Source of the DNA: Podarcis filfolensis
Taxonomy: Eukaryota
Reading direction: 5' to 3' (one strand)
Length of the DNA: 64,000 nucleotides
Assembly (NCBI GenBank): GCA_964270895.1
Contig: OZ185440.1
Shown piece by piece: positions 37,971 through 50,755 of the stretch (the first letter of the stretch is position 1; the number at the start of each line of letters is the position of its first letter). The position numbers were made by a program, and so were the translations under genes. The notes beneath the pieces were generated by a model, which searched no databases, was not told the DNA's origin, and saw only the letters and a list, made by a program, of their open reading frames with translations.

Positions 37971-40268
37971 CTAAAAAGGATACCAGAGTCAAAAAAAAGG
38001 AAATTATAATCCCTTCTATAGTCATGAGACCGCACAGGATTGGATGACTAAAGTCAACCATACCAATTTATTTTTAAAATTCAGTGATGTAGAGGTGACT
38101 CTCTTCACGAGGTGTTACTGCATTTGCAGTACACGAATCCTAAGCAAGTTATGTTACTGCAGAAACTGATACCAAGCACAGAAGACCAGTATTGTTTGAC
38201 TCACAGAAAATTTATTCAGCAAACTGATGTGAGAGCTGTGACGTGGAAGTTCGGCAGTCATCTCTTTCATCCAAGTGCCTGAAAATTTCTCCTAAAAAAT
38301 GGCCTAAGTGATGCAATATTTTTCTGTTGGGTGTTTGTCCACTTTGATAAACAAAATGTAACCACACATAGAAAGTAGTCCTGAACATTTGAGATCATAC
38401 TGCCGCAATAAAAGAGGCAGACATCCTTCATTGCTGTAGTTTCCTACTGTAGCTGTAACTATTCACCCTTAAGAGCTGAAGCATTTTCCTTCCATAGCAA
38501 ATGATTCAACTATTCCTTAACATCAGTATGCTCTGAGACACACAGCTCTTCTACCTCACTTGTTTAGCTCAGTTAAAAAGGTCAATTCCCAACTGGTTTC
38601 AAGAAGTCTACCATGTGTAGTGACTCATGCCCTTTTTGGCTTTACACTTTTATTGTTCTTATGTCTTGAAATAGAAAGCACAGGCTACTTGAATGCACCA
38701 TGAAACAAGTGAAATTATAAACTGTAGAACGCCATCAAGATCTGTCTCATTCCCTGTATGTCCACAAACAGTGTACGGTCACACATCGCAGAAGTTTCTA
38801 AATTTAGTTTTAAGTGTGGAAACTATGGGTGACATCCAACTTAGAATGAGTAGAGATATCTGCTCACACAACTGGGCTTCTCCTTCCTTTCCTCACCGCT
38901 TACAGCCTCTGCTATCCTGCTCTGGAAGGTTGGGCGTAAGAGAAAACAGAAGTCTTCTTGCACAAGTGAATTTCTATTGCACGAGCAGGTAGGCATCTTT
39001 AAATGTCTTCCTATGCCAAAATGACCTCCCATGTCCATATTAAGTATTTCCCTATCCATTATTTTATTATTTTTATATTATTTTATGAATTACCCCATTA
39101 TATAGTTTATAAGTCACATTTTTGTAGGATGTGTGTGTAACAACTTTATGCTTCAGTCTGAGAGTACCGTACTTTAGAAAGTACCATCTATGAAATGCCA
39201 CATTCCAGACATGCACAATCGTAGATGTTTTGTATTGCTTATATTATATTAATGGATTTTTTGAACTGACATGCAACAGTAAAATGGGCACTCAAGTCGT
39301 GTTATTAGCTGGCAGCTCAACAAATAATGAAGCCCAGCAGATTACCTTGTAAGATGAAGGGTCTTCCCAAGCTAATTTGGTTTTGTGTGTAAAAATATCT
39401 GAGAGAGGTTTAGAACAGCACTGCAGGATCAGACAAATGATCCATCTAGTCCGCATCTGGTCCTAAGAATAGCTAGTCAGATGTTTTAAGGTATAAGTAA
39501 ATAAGGCATGGAGGCAACAGCACTCCTCCGCTGCATATCCTCAGACTTTAGTATTCAAAAATATACTGTTCCTAAACATGAAAGCTCCATCCAGCTATGT
39601 TGGTTGATCAATGGCTAACCATGAATGTCTAAACCTTTCACACTTTTATTTAAGGTTTATTTACTCTGCACCACCACTTCCCCAAACTGTTTACAGTTCA
39701 CTTACAAGAGTTTATGTTTTAATGAAGCAAATAATTTATGTGGATATAATATATAAGTGGATATAATTGATTCAATTTATAAGTAAGATTACTTCTAGTT
39801 GTAATGGCTTGTTTTGTTTTCCACTGCTTTTAAAGCTTTGCAGTTATCCCTTTAAGTGATTCCCACAAGGAACTTGTCTGGGATAGTTTTATCATTTGGG
39901 TCTGCTCAGTTCAGGCAATAATGTGCCAGCATAGGAAGGTTTGCTCTACAGAAAACACAAGCAATCTTCAATCAAAACTTGCAATATATTTAGACAATAC
40001 ACAGATATCAGTCTCTTCCAGACATGATTTGAGCCATCCAAATATCAATTTCACTAGCATGAAATCTGAAAATATGAGAAGCCTAGGAATTGTCTACAGA
40101 TCACAGAGTGGGCTATCCAAAACTTAAAACAGTGAAAAAAAGCCTATATGCATACATTAATATGCAAGTAAGCACCACTCTGTAATCTGTCTACTATAAG
40201 GTAGGCTGACAGATCACATGAATAGGCATTTATATGCTTTGAACCCATTCACAGTAAACGTTCTATGC

Positions 40269-40310
40269 ACAACTGGGGAAGAGCTCAAGACAACTGGGGA
40301 AGAGCTCAAG
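40269..40310. repeat. Exact 21-bp tandem duplication
   Basis: ACAACTGGGGAAGAGCTCAAG twice. Confidence 0.9.
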
Positions 40311-40485
40311 ACTCAGTTCTGTGCCCAACCATGTATACATACAACCTATACAGTGGGAGTCCTACATAAATGAACCACAAGTCTCGAACTCCTACAGCAG
40401 TTGTAACTAAAATCTACGTGGAAAAGGTGAAGAATGACCCTCGTATATTAACCAGAATGATTCTGCAGGTTGGAAGTTAACATAC

Positions 40486-40638
40486 TTCATTAAACCTTTC
40501 ACAGTTCTTGAAGATCAGCCGAACATCTGCCACAAAATCTTCAGGTGTCTGGTAGTGCTGGGAATGTTTCTTCTGCAGTTTCTTCTTCACTGTAGATAAA
40601 TCCATTGGTTTCTTTATTATTTTATAGTAATTTGGTAT
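40486..40638 (-). CDS. TRIM33: TRIM33 coding exon (eq. exon 18), bromodomain core
   Basis: 153 bp; caacag|ATA ... GAA|gtatgt; [51 protein letters not shown]. Confidence 0.98.
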
Positions 40639-40725
40639 CTGTTGAGAAAAGATAGAGGGAGTCACAAAAGTCAAAGTAAAGTGTATATCCAATGTGGTGG
40701 TATTTCATTTATGCAACAGTGAAAT

Positions 40726-40729
<4 letters not shown>

Positions 40730-40760
<31 letters not shown>
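40730..40760. repeat. (AG)n microsatellite, read as (TC)n in the pre-mRNA
   Basis: About 15 AG units, about 90 nt upstream of the eq. exon 18 acceptor. Confidence 0.95.
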
Positions 40761-40762
<2 letters not shown>

Positions 40763-41006
40763 ACGTGATAGATTCTCTCTTTCTTCTGATAAAAAAAAAA
40801 ATTAGTGGCCATCATGAGCTCTCTGGTTCAGTCAACTATCTTCAACCAAACGACTTTGTGAACAGATAAAACTACTCAAAAGACTGGCCAACAAAATAAT
40901 AATCACACTGATTTTAGTCCAAGTTTCATTACAACAATTTTGTCTGTCAATTGCTGGTTATTTCACATTCTATCATTTCCATGGTAAAATGCATTAAGTC
41001 ACTCAC

Positions 41007-41081
41007 CGAGGCTGGGACTGGCTCTTGGAATTCAATGCTCAGCTCGTGGCAATACAAGTAAAGCAGGAGGCGCTCACATTT
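41007..41081 (-). CDS. TRIM33: TRIM33 coding exon (eq. exon 17), start of bromodomain; missed by the ORF track
   Basis: 75 bp; ttttttctctctgaag|AAA ... TCG|gtgagt; [25 protein letters not shown]. Confidence 0.97.
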
Positions 41082-42278
41082 CTTCAGAGAGAAAAAAAAC
41101 AGTAAACATTCATTCATTCATTTGCTTATGTAACAAAATTTATATATTACTTGATTGCAATAAAACCTATTGAACTTTTTACAAGAGATCTTCCAAAAGA
41201 AGTAATTCCAAAAGGCAGCATTTCAGTTAATGTATAAGTTACAGGGGAATATTCAAGTACATAAAGGATTCTCTAAGCCCAACAACTGAAACAAATAAAC
41301 CTCCTACTCTGCAGTAGCCTCACTAACTTCAACAAGACTACCTGGAACAAGTGTAGCCTGTGGTTAAGATTCAAAGAACCAGGCTACTAATTCCATGTGC
41401 CAAAGGGGTTTTTGGATTTATTTCCCGAACCAGCAGTACTACATGCCAAAACCTTTGGAGCTGCGGGAAGTTTTGACAGCAGTTTGATACAGCATGAAGA
41501 ATATATTCTAAGCAACAAAAAGAGCCCACTACATTAGAACAAGCTCTTGAGCTCCTGACTAGCCTGATACTTCAGGGAAGCACACAATCCAAGCACCATG
41601 TAGACAACCCACCCTTTTCGCCTCCACAAAGCTAGTGCTCAGGTTATTTACTGCCTCTGAATGTAGAAGCATTCTTCCTAGTTAAGAGCCACTAACAGAT
41701 CTATCATCCAAAAAATGTAATTCTTTCTAAAAGTTGCATATGCTATTCACAACACCCAGTGCAACATATAAGGCACTGCCTGAAATATTCTGCCCATCTT
41801 GAACCTACCACACATTGTTTTATGTTATTAAATGCATTAAATTTAACAATGACATTCAATGACATCAAATTCTGGGTTTGAGTGAATCATTTCTCTATTT
41901 TTTCCTCTCCCTCTAGTCATAATTTTAGAAACCTTCATCATGCATCCAACCAACTTTAAGTTTAAAAAAATCAACTATTTCAGCCTTTCTTAAGAGAAAG
42001 TCCCCTTGATAGTTTTGCCTCTGGGTTTTGTTTTTTTATGGGAAACTGGTTCACAGACTGCACCTTCACTTGTGAGAAGGTGTCACAACCTTCTGTTGCA
42101 TCCTCTTCTCAGAATGTACTTTGCTAATCCCATTTCAGTTAATTCTATGGAGAAAACTAAACCAGTTGTTCAAGACCATTGATGTCAAAAACTTTTAGAA
42201 AAAAGTCATTGTCACAGGTGGCAAGACTATTTACCGTTTATAGAGTGATTATTTTACAATTTCTATACCTGCTTTCTA

Positions 42279-42344
42279 AAGGTAAAGGTAAAGGTACCCC
42301 TGCCCGTACGGGCCAGTCGTAACCGACTCTAGGGTTGCGCGCTC
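42279..42344 (-). mobile_element. 66-bp 3' stub of a third Sauria SINE subfamily
   Basis: aaaggtaaaggtaaaggtacccctgcccgtacgggccagtc...; exact 12-bp TSD ACCTGCTTTCTA at 42267-42278 and 42345-42356. Confidence 0.88.
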
Positions 42345-43000
42345 ACCTGCTTTCTACACCTCCCCAAAAGGTACAAAAAGCATGAAAACAGCTATCAATG
42401 AAATATAGCATCAATGAAAATCAAACCATAAGCATCTAGCTGCTACAAATTGCCAAAGCCAAAGGATACAGCACCAGCTGTGAGCATCTCTCTCTGCAGC
42501 CACCAACTGCCATTACTGAAACCTACAGAGAGAGACAGAAGCAACAGCTTCATTGTGCTTCTAGCTCCATTGGGGTCCCTTCCAACTCTACAATTCTATG
42601 GTTCCATTACATGCTGAATTATTGCCTATCATAGAGATGTGAACAGCTTTGGAAAACAGAAAGTAAGGACAGTCTAATCATACCTAAAAGGAAGTGTTCA
42701 AAATTCCCAAATCTTTTCATCATTAGAGCACATGTTTCACAGACTGAGACAAGGGGACCATCTAAGCAGGGAGCTGAAGCCAAGGTGGGAACTATACTGG
42801 TCGAAAAGGACAGCTCTTTGGATCACAGGTGAAAGGGTAAAAATGGAAGATTATGAGGGGCACAGACTAGAAGCATTGCAATAGGATTGTACTATAGATC
42901 ATTTGGAAGAGCACTGAAGTTAAATTATCCTATGCATGTGAAAGCAATGATCTTTTGTAAGCCATCATAGGAAAGCTTTGCCCTGAAGGAAGCCAGTATG

Positions 43001-43004
<4 letters not shown>

Positions 43005-43036
<32 letters not shown>
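43005..43036. repeat. (TCAA)n microsatellite
   Basis: Tandem TCAA units seen directly. Confidence 0.9.
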
Positions 43037-43435
43037 GCATGGAAACAAAAGTCAATTCTAGGAAAAACCCTTTTCTCCAAGTGAAAATGTCACATTTTCA
43101 ATCCATTCTAGTCATCTGGATTATTTGGAGTCTAGTAGTCTAGATGATTTCTGATCTCTTGTTTATGATGCGAAATTAGAGTAGACCCCCCAATATAGCC
43201 ATAAATATTAAAACCAACTGCCACTTAAAAACTGGACTATCTCCAATAATAATTTCATTTCTAGCCCTGCTATAGCAACATGCACCCACTTACTAATTAA
43301 AATATAGATATATAGTAAAGTTACCCATGTAAATGAAAGTTTAAACTAAGTCAAGAGACCACAGCAAAAGAAAAGCCAAGAGCATTTAGTTAAGAACAGT
43401 TCCAAAACAAGATAAATGTATTATCCGTAACCTAC

Positions 43436-43559
43436 CCTTTGGTCCACAGGACTCAAACCTTGTGCAGTTTTCCCCTTCTTACTATGTTGCAAGTTGTCAC
43501 AGTCATATTCCACTTCGGGTTTGCTAAGATCACGGCAAAATGTACATATCCAGTCTCCA
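43436..43559 (-). CDS. TRIM33: TRIM33 coding exon (eq. exon 16), end of PHD finger and linker; missed by the ORF track
   Basis: 124 bp; ttttag|T GGA ... AGG|gtaggt; (S)[41 protein letters not shown]. Confidence 0.97.
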
Positions 43560-44181
43560 CTAAAATAGGGAAAATATAGTCCAGAAATTCAGGCATTTTT
43601 TTGTACTAGTGTGCTGAAAAATCTACAGGTAGAAAGTTTCATGGAGCCCAAAGGCTCTAGAGTGAACAGGTTCCTATTCTTGTCTAACACTGACATTTAA
43701 CCTCGCCTTGATCCATGTGCAGAGGACAAAAGTGCTGCCAATCCTTCCTCTATGCCCAGAAATTACACAGCCCATCAGTTGCCCTACAAAGCGCCTGCAA
43801 CTGGTAGGAGCTGATAGGTAGGGAAAGACAGTGACTTGCTCTTTTACTGGCAGGTTCCAAACCCAATCCAGGTGGATCCCACCACTGCCTCCTGTTGAAA
43901 CCTAGAAACAGATCTCTTCATACTTGTCCTCCTTACTAGACCCAGAATCATGCCTGCTTGGCCCAGCCCAGATGCTACAAACATGTGGTGCATAGCAAAC
44001 ATGGCTGCTAGTGAGGCAAATGCAGCCTCCTCAAATTTGCCATCCCGATAGGATGGTTGTCCATGAAGGAATACAGCCCTAGGGCTGAAAAAGGCTTCCC
44101 ATCCCTGCTGTTGGCTGACAGAAGATAGCTGATGCTGCTATCTCATTGTGACTAACTCAATGTTCCTGTATGTTTTCATAC

Positions 44182-44528
44182 CTTGGGAAGCTAAGGAGAG
44201 TGGGTACATGACATGTGAGGTGGAAAACTTTTGGGCACTTTTCGCAGCATAACAGGTCTCCTCCATTTTGGCACACAGCACACCAGTCTTCATTGGGATC
44301 TTCATCTTTGTTGTTGCCTTCTCCTCCAGATCTAGCTGATCGATGCATGAGGCTACGCACTGGGGACTTGCCATTTACAAGACTGTGTCCGGACTGTTTG
44401 CAGCTTTCACTCAAGTCCGCTGGTTCAGTTTTAACATGGTTTTCTATACTTCCCAGTGCTTCCAATTCACTCTCCAAATGCAAGTTTGTGGAAAGTGGTG
44501 GAGTCAAGCTGCTCTCAGGACTGCTAAG
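44182..44528 (-). CDS. TRIM33: TRIM33 coding exon (eq. exon 15), N-terminal part of PHD finger
   Basis: 347 bp; tttcag|CTT ... CCA AG|gtatga; [19 protein letters not shown]...[38 protein letters not shown](S). Confidence 0.98.
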
Positions 44529-45577
44529 CTGAAATAAAGGCAAAAGATTAAAATCTATGAGAAATTGCCTTGGGTAGGAGACTGCTGCCTTTTCCACCTT
44601 CCTTTTTCTGCTCCTCCCTCCCCCCCCCTTTTCATCCCCTGCCTACCTTCTTTATTATAACGTAGGCAATCTAATCTGTCCTCCATGTCTCTCTAACCTG
44701 TACTTCCATGTCTCCACAGCTCTTTCCCCCATTCAGCTCAGCTTTATAAAAAATGATATGGGCTGACCCTCCCATCGCTCCCTATTTACCTCTTAATGTT
44801 GAAGATGAAAAACATGATATAAACATCCTATGTACTTCACTAAGTCACAGTTACGTTTTTTACAGTTGTATTCTCAAAAATTGATAAAACTTTTTTTTAA
44901 AAAAAAGATTAAATTGGGGTAGACTATAAACAAAGAATTTCAACAAAAGGGAAATGTCAACATGCGCATGCATGTGCAGACAATTCTCAGACAAGTTGTA
45001 CACAGTTTTCAGTGCACTATATTTGATAAATATTTTAACAAGCTTAAAATATTTTGAAATAGGAGGCCTATTGTGCAAGGGGATGGGAACCCAGCAATAC
45101 TGGCTCTACACAATTCCTACGCAAACTAGGTACTGTACTGCTTACTTCCTCTGTGCCAGAAATTACTAATTTTGAAGGGTAATCTCTGACGTGGCAAAAC
45201 TGTTTCAAATTAGTCCCATGTGAAACTCTCCAAATAACTCCTGAGTTGGAAAATGAGATTGGAATGACTACATGCCTACTTTTTCTATAACGTATTATAA
45301 AAAATCTAATAGTAACCTACTGCACAGTAACAGCTGAGGAGGAGGAGGGAAGCAGTGACCCTCATGGTGTTGGAAAGCCAGGAGAGCAACTGAGCCCCAC
45401 CTGTATCACCTCACTGGCCACTACTGCAATGTAGGGAGAGAGAAAATTGGGCAAGCCCTAAGGGGGAGGGCTTGGGAAGTAACACAACTCTCCTAAAGCA
45501 ATAAAATATAAATGCCCTCAGTTCTCTTTGCTGATAGTTTGTATGATAAATTGTACAACATACAAATAGATTTTTAC

Positions 45578-45737
45578 CATGCAAGCGCTCCTCCTGCCAT
45601 CCTCTGTTTTTTCTTGCTTCACTGGTCCCGAGTAACTGCATACCTCTTCTTCTGTGCCTGGCTCCTGTTTAACTTTCACATGCTCAGTCTTGAAACTAAT
45701 ATTGTTCTTTTCCACCGTTCGGCCTGATGAACCACAG
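45578..45737 (-). CDS. TRIM33: TRIM33 coding exon (eq. exon 14), SUMO-consensus cluster
   Basis: 160 bp; ttccag|C TGT ... ATG|gtaaaa; (S)CGSSGRTVEKNNISFKTEHVKVKQEPGTEEEVCSYSGPVKQEKTEDGRRSACM. Confidence 0.97.
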
Positions 45738-46354
45738 CTGGAAAGCAAAGAGATTAAGCACACGTTTTAAATTGCACTTCAAAATGCTAGAATTAAAATA
45801 ATTAAAAATTCCATATAATTAGTAAAAGCAATTGTGCCCGTAAGTGGATAAAGCACTTGGTTAGGAGGCATCATAACCAAGCTGGTTTTTACAGCTGTAG
45901 AAGTGGTTCCAAATTAGAGAGGGAATGGATTTTTAGCACTTTACCAAACATAAAATAAGTATGTCCTAAATATCAAATCTGCCTCTGTCATTAGAGTCTG
46001 GTATGGAGAATCTTTTGAGAGAGATATACAAGCTGTTCAAATTTCAGAAAAATTGCTCACTGAAATTTAAACATTCTAGCTAGAGGAGTTAGGGTCTTGT
46101 TTCCTGATCTTTTTTGCTGATAAAAAGCATACCTTTCAAAAATCCAAGTATACCACTGTGGAGTTCCTTTCACTGACTTCATGCACTGTTTTTAAAGTGA
46201 GAAATTCAAGACTTCTGTAAGTTTGGTAAGGTGGAAATTCCCTTTCAAGAATGCAGAGCTGATTTTTCCTCATCAACGCTTGCTTTTTTAGATGTTCAAT
46301 AACCACAGCTCTTACAAGAACCCCAACGCAGGGGCTTCAGTTTACACAATAAGG

Positions 46355-46490
46355 CAGGCTTCCTCAACCTTGATCCTCCAGATGTTTTTGGCCTACAACT
46401 CCCATGATCCCTAGCTAGCAGGACCAGTGGTCAGGGATGATGGGAATTGTAGTCTCAAAACATCTGGAGGGCTGAGGTTGAGGAAGCCTG
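46355..46490. mobile_element. 136-bp hAT-type MITE
   Basis: Exact 16-bp TIRs caggcttcctcaacct / aggttgaggaagcctg and exact 8-bp TSD CAATAAGG (46347-46354, 46491-46498). Confidence 0.92.
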
Positions 46491-47778
46491 CAATAAGGCA
46501 TCTTCCCTCTCCTTCCCCAGCACCCTCCCCTCTGCCTGGTGGGTGGTGATGGTCAGCAGAACCCCCAGAACAGCAGGAGGAGAAGGGAGGATAATGCCAT
46601 CTGGCAAGCTGAAACGCTTTCACTGATGGAACTATCAGAAGAGCGCAATACTGCATTCCTCTTATTGTACTTTCACATATTGTGCTAATTTTCAGCTAAC
46701 GTTTCATGCATTTCCCCTTCATGTTTCAACCCTCTAGATTAGGAGCAACGATGAAGTTAAGAATCACCACAGTGGCAGTAGCCCCCTTGCTGCACATTGG
46801 CCCCCTACATTCCATATATGAACAGACTAGTTCACATTCAGGAACAACAGGCTATATAAGGCATAAATAATAACTTTGGTGGTCTTACTTTTGCTTCAAC
46901 ATACGCAGACAGGGCTCTGCAGCATGAAGTTCATTATCAACCTTTTTATATATAATTTACAAGCATATATATTATTAAACATTGATTTAGAACTTACCCC
47001 AAGTGGCTGTTCTCCTAACCTGTACAGCAGTGATTGGAAACCTCGAATCTACCAGTCTCTCCACAGGTTTTACCTCCTCCTAGGCCACTGTTTCCCCATA
47101 GTTGACCTACTACCTTCTGATCAGCTAAGCAGCATTGGTGGGAGTGAAAACTGTGAAGTGGGGAGATTTAAACCTTCCCTTCCTGAGATCCCCCCATTTA
47201 TTAGGTAAAATCAGAGGAGCAACAGGGGAGAAGGGACATGGCTGAGTCCCCCTGACCAGCTGCCCAGGGAAGAAAAGAGCAATCTTCCTCCATGAACAGC
47301 TTGCTCAGTTTCCATGCTGAGAAAGGAACGGTCTCAGTGAACAGCTCAGAAAGCAAAGCAAGGTATGTGTTTGTGTATGTTGAGATATAGACACATACAC
47401 ACAAAACACACACATAATGTGATTCCTTTGGCCCTATTTAATTTGTGCTTTGGCTCCCTGCCACCTGTGTTCTGTCGTCAACTACTATGTTCCCCTGTGG
47501 TAGAGGATAGAAGTGGGGGCTGAAAGACCAAAAGAAAGTGTGTGTGCATAGAACCTAAATGCAAGTGATCAAAACATGAGAGAATATATAATGCCTTTCC
47601 TCTTTATGTGGTGCAGTGGTCAAAATGGGAGCTTTACAATTTCCATATTTTTTGGCAGATGATTTTTAAAAGCCTCAATGTGTCTCTTAAACGGGAATTT
47701 TAAAAATCCTGTAATATGCATTTCGTTCTCTATACACTTCAATAACTTAGTAGCTGGTTTTGAAGCCATTCAACTCAC

Positions 47779-47842
47779 CTGCCTCTACTGCCCGTGCTGG
47801 AGGTACTAGGTGGCCTCACAGGGGTGTGTGAATTGGATAAAC
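47779..47842 (-). CDS. TRIM33: TRIM33 coding exon (eq. exon 13), missed by the ORF track
   Basis: 64 bp; cttcttag|GT TTA ... GGC AG|gtgagt; (G)LSNSHTPVRPPSTSSTGSRG(S); bridges phase 1 to phase 2 as needed. Confidence 0.96.
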
Positions 47843-49190
47843 CTAAGAAGGATGAATCATTGTTTACACCAGCAGCATGAGCTGTATAACTGCACATCTA
47901 AAGTTATGCAAGTGATACCCTGTGTATCAGCACAGACAGTACCACTGGTAATAAAATAATTCAAAACTTCTACATTCAATGTCATTTCACGTTAATTAAT
48001 CTCACAATTTCCCCCCTTAAATAAAATAGTTGCTCTGATTCCTTACGTCTTAAGTCAAGCCCTAAATTATTTCTAATCCCAATTACTTTATTCTGATGCA
48101 ACTATCATAAAAGACTATTAATGACTGCATATTAACCACAAACATATGATACATTTAAAGAGAACCTACACTAATATAGGCTGACAACCCTGGGAATAAT
48201 CAGAGACAACTGAAAAGGTTGGAATGCAGAGTAAAACGGGACTGAATGCTGATTTACTAGCAATACATTTTTAAAGAGACCTTACACACTGTGAAGTATG
48301 AAGTATAATTCAGAGGAATTTTAGTGCTGCCATTTGTCCAGGTGTGTAGAGAAAGGTCTATAAACCCAATTTCTCCTCCTCTCTGCATTTTGCACTTACT
48401 TCCAACATTCCACAGCAGTGGCACAAATAGGCAAGTTATGCTAGACTGAATTTTCACAGTGGCAGATGAATTTCAAGAACAGGACTTCAATTGCACTCTG
48501 GCACAGAATATTACACAGCTGCAAGACTATATAAATAGTACAGAAGCACCAGAGCATGGAACAGATATGAAAAGAGATTGCTGTTCAGCTCCATACTAGC
48601 CATGACAATTGCACTCATTTTATGAACTATTGTTGTATATTATGATAGTGTGATTTTATTGCTTTGGTTTTCCGGAAACTGCCTTGGAAACAATGACGAT
48701 GGGTGGTACAGAAAACTTAATTTTAACGCTCACAGCATTAAAGCCTGTAGTCACAATGCAATAGTTGCTGGTATGTACTTTAAAACTATTGGGCTCATGA
48801 GCCACAATAATACTGTTTTAAATCTATTTCTACTTGAGACTTGTTGAGCAGGAATCTTTTTGCTGCACAGACTGGGTTACTCTTTCTAGTGAACTGGTGG
48901 CTACAATGCTGTACTCCTTTTTATAGCCCTCTCATTTACAAGTTATTTCATGAAGGGGAAATTATTTCATGCATAAAAATTGGGCTAAATCACAGCTACA
49001 TAAAAGGTACACACTAATGCAGAAGTTACTAGAAATAACTGGATGAAATTAAAAACAGGGATGTTAAGACCTGAGAAAATGTACTGGAAACATCAAATTT
49101 CTTTAAAGTATTTAGAGCAGTCATTATTAAAGTTGCTGGTGTCAATTTAAGCAGAAATGTACAGATGCCCACTGCCTCTTCCCAGCTTAC

Positions 49191-49323
49191 CTGATGAGCC
49201 TGGAGACAGGGCTGAGGGCCCAGGGGAGGGATTCATACTGCTTATAGGCTGAGGGGGTAGATGGCTGCCTGCGATATACCTACTTAGTAAATTATCTAAG
49301 TTACTGGAACCAGCATCTTCCAG
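49191..49323 (-). CDS. TRIM33: TRIM33 coding exon (eq. exon 12), contains LDNLL (LxxLL) motif
   Basis: 133 bp; tttcag|CTG ... TCA G|gtaagc; LEDAGSSNLDNLLSRYIAGSHLPPQPISSMNPSPGPSALSPGSS(G). Confidence 0.96.
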
Positions 49324-50755
49324 CTGAAATAAAGGAGGACAGCCACACAGTGATTCTGCCAAGTCTAAATGCAGCATGCTAGAAATGACAGCTTGAGGAT
49401 CATCTGTATTTTCACTGAAGGAGTTTAAAGCACTAGCACTTATTCACATAATAAGGGGAAACAAACAGATGAATACTCAGTTTTGCCATATTTGTATTTG
49501 CTATATTCCTGCATGTATAATCAAGGAGTCTAGGAAATGACATGGCTACAAATTATTAATAAACTTTAGCATAGAATATTGTAGCAAAATCTTAGAATTC
49601 AATGAGTTTTAAGAAACAAGCTTATTTCAAACTCAGCTGTCAATACTGATGCCTAGGTTTGTGTCAGAGAGAGGTCTACATTCAGAACAACTTCCACTCT
49701 CTGCTTATGGAACTCATTCATTGCACCTTATATTTTACTCATGAAGTTGCCCTGATTTGTATGTTTTAACTATCTTATTCAAATATAGGACAATAAACAT
49801 AGACAGGGAGAAACCATATGCTTTCAATATTACTAAGAGGGTTGCCACTAGAAGAATGGAAAATATATCGTATTTTTTTAAAGCTGATCAGGGTGGATGG
49901 CAAAAATAGTTTAGGATATCTGTTCTAGTTTTAAACAAGAATACATTTATTTTGTAGTAGGGCTTTTCCTTCAAGCAAGGTCCAAGGGTAGCACTGACCC
50001 ATCAATAGTCAACACTACGGGAACTTCATGTAAAAGTAGGCAGGGCCCAAATGAAAAATATTGTGTGGCCTTTTTTTTAAGGACACAGTTTAGGGAGGTT
50101 GTGAGGGAGTTACAAAAGCAATTAAGTGAAACCCCCAAATAAAACACACATTTTGGCATGATAGTACAAGTGTTTTAGAAGTTAAAAACACACTTTTAAT
50201 GGACACATTTGGAAAGCCTTGTGTATGTGCTTGTGGGCTGGGAACAAAAAACTTTGTGGCATCATTGCAGAGGACCCACAGAAGTTAATGGGGGGTGTTG
50301 ATTCATTAAATGACAAACTGGGAGGACACAAAAACATCTTGAGGGAGCCATGTGGCCCATGAGTTAGGAATCCCTACCTTAGAAGACACACAGCTGAACT
50401 GAAAACATTTCCTGCATTTTAGTTTCAGTGCAGAATAAATTCAGACACAGGTTTCAAAAATCATAAACGCCGCCCCCAGCAGAAAAATATTCTAAATAAG
50501 AATACTGATACTAAATGTTGTAAAATGCAATGAAAGAGTAAAGCACATTAGGAGGAGACACAGTGATTTGTCCAGTGAGTTTCATAGCTGATTAGGAAAA
50601 CAAGACGGTTCTGGTCAGTTTATGAGAAGATGACCCAAGTCAAATGTACCTTTTCAATACAGTGTTTTAAGTGTTGACACCAAACACACAATTAATATCT
50701 AGAAATTCTGATGTCGTATTATTAGCTTTCATCTGATTTCATATAGCTTACTAAC

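Noticed and set aside
48394-48460. GAA|gtaagt donor in intron 12 as a cryptic exon
   Set aside because: No convincing upstream acceptor; the hexamer is expected by chance every few kb.
49324-49414. Open frame upstream of exon 12 (ENTDDPQAVISSMLHLDLAESLCGCPPLFQ) as an alternative acceptor extension
   Set aside because: The upstream AGs at 49415, 49404 and 49379 give phase 2, 1 and 2, but exon 11 ends in phase 0; about 30 open codons is not unusual by chance.
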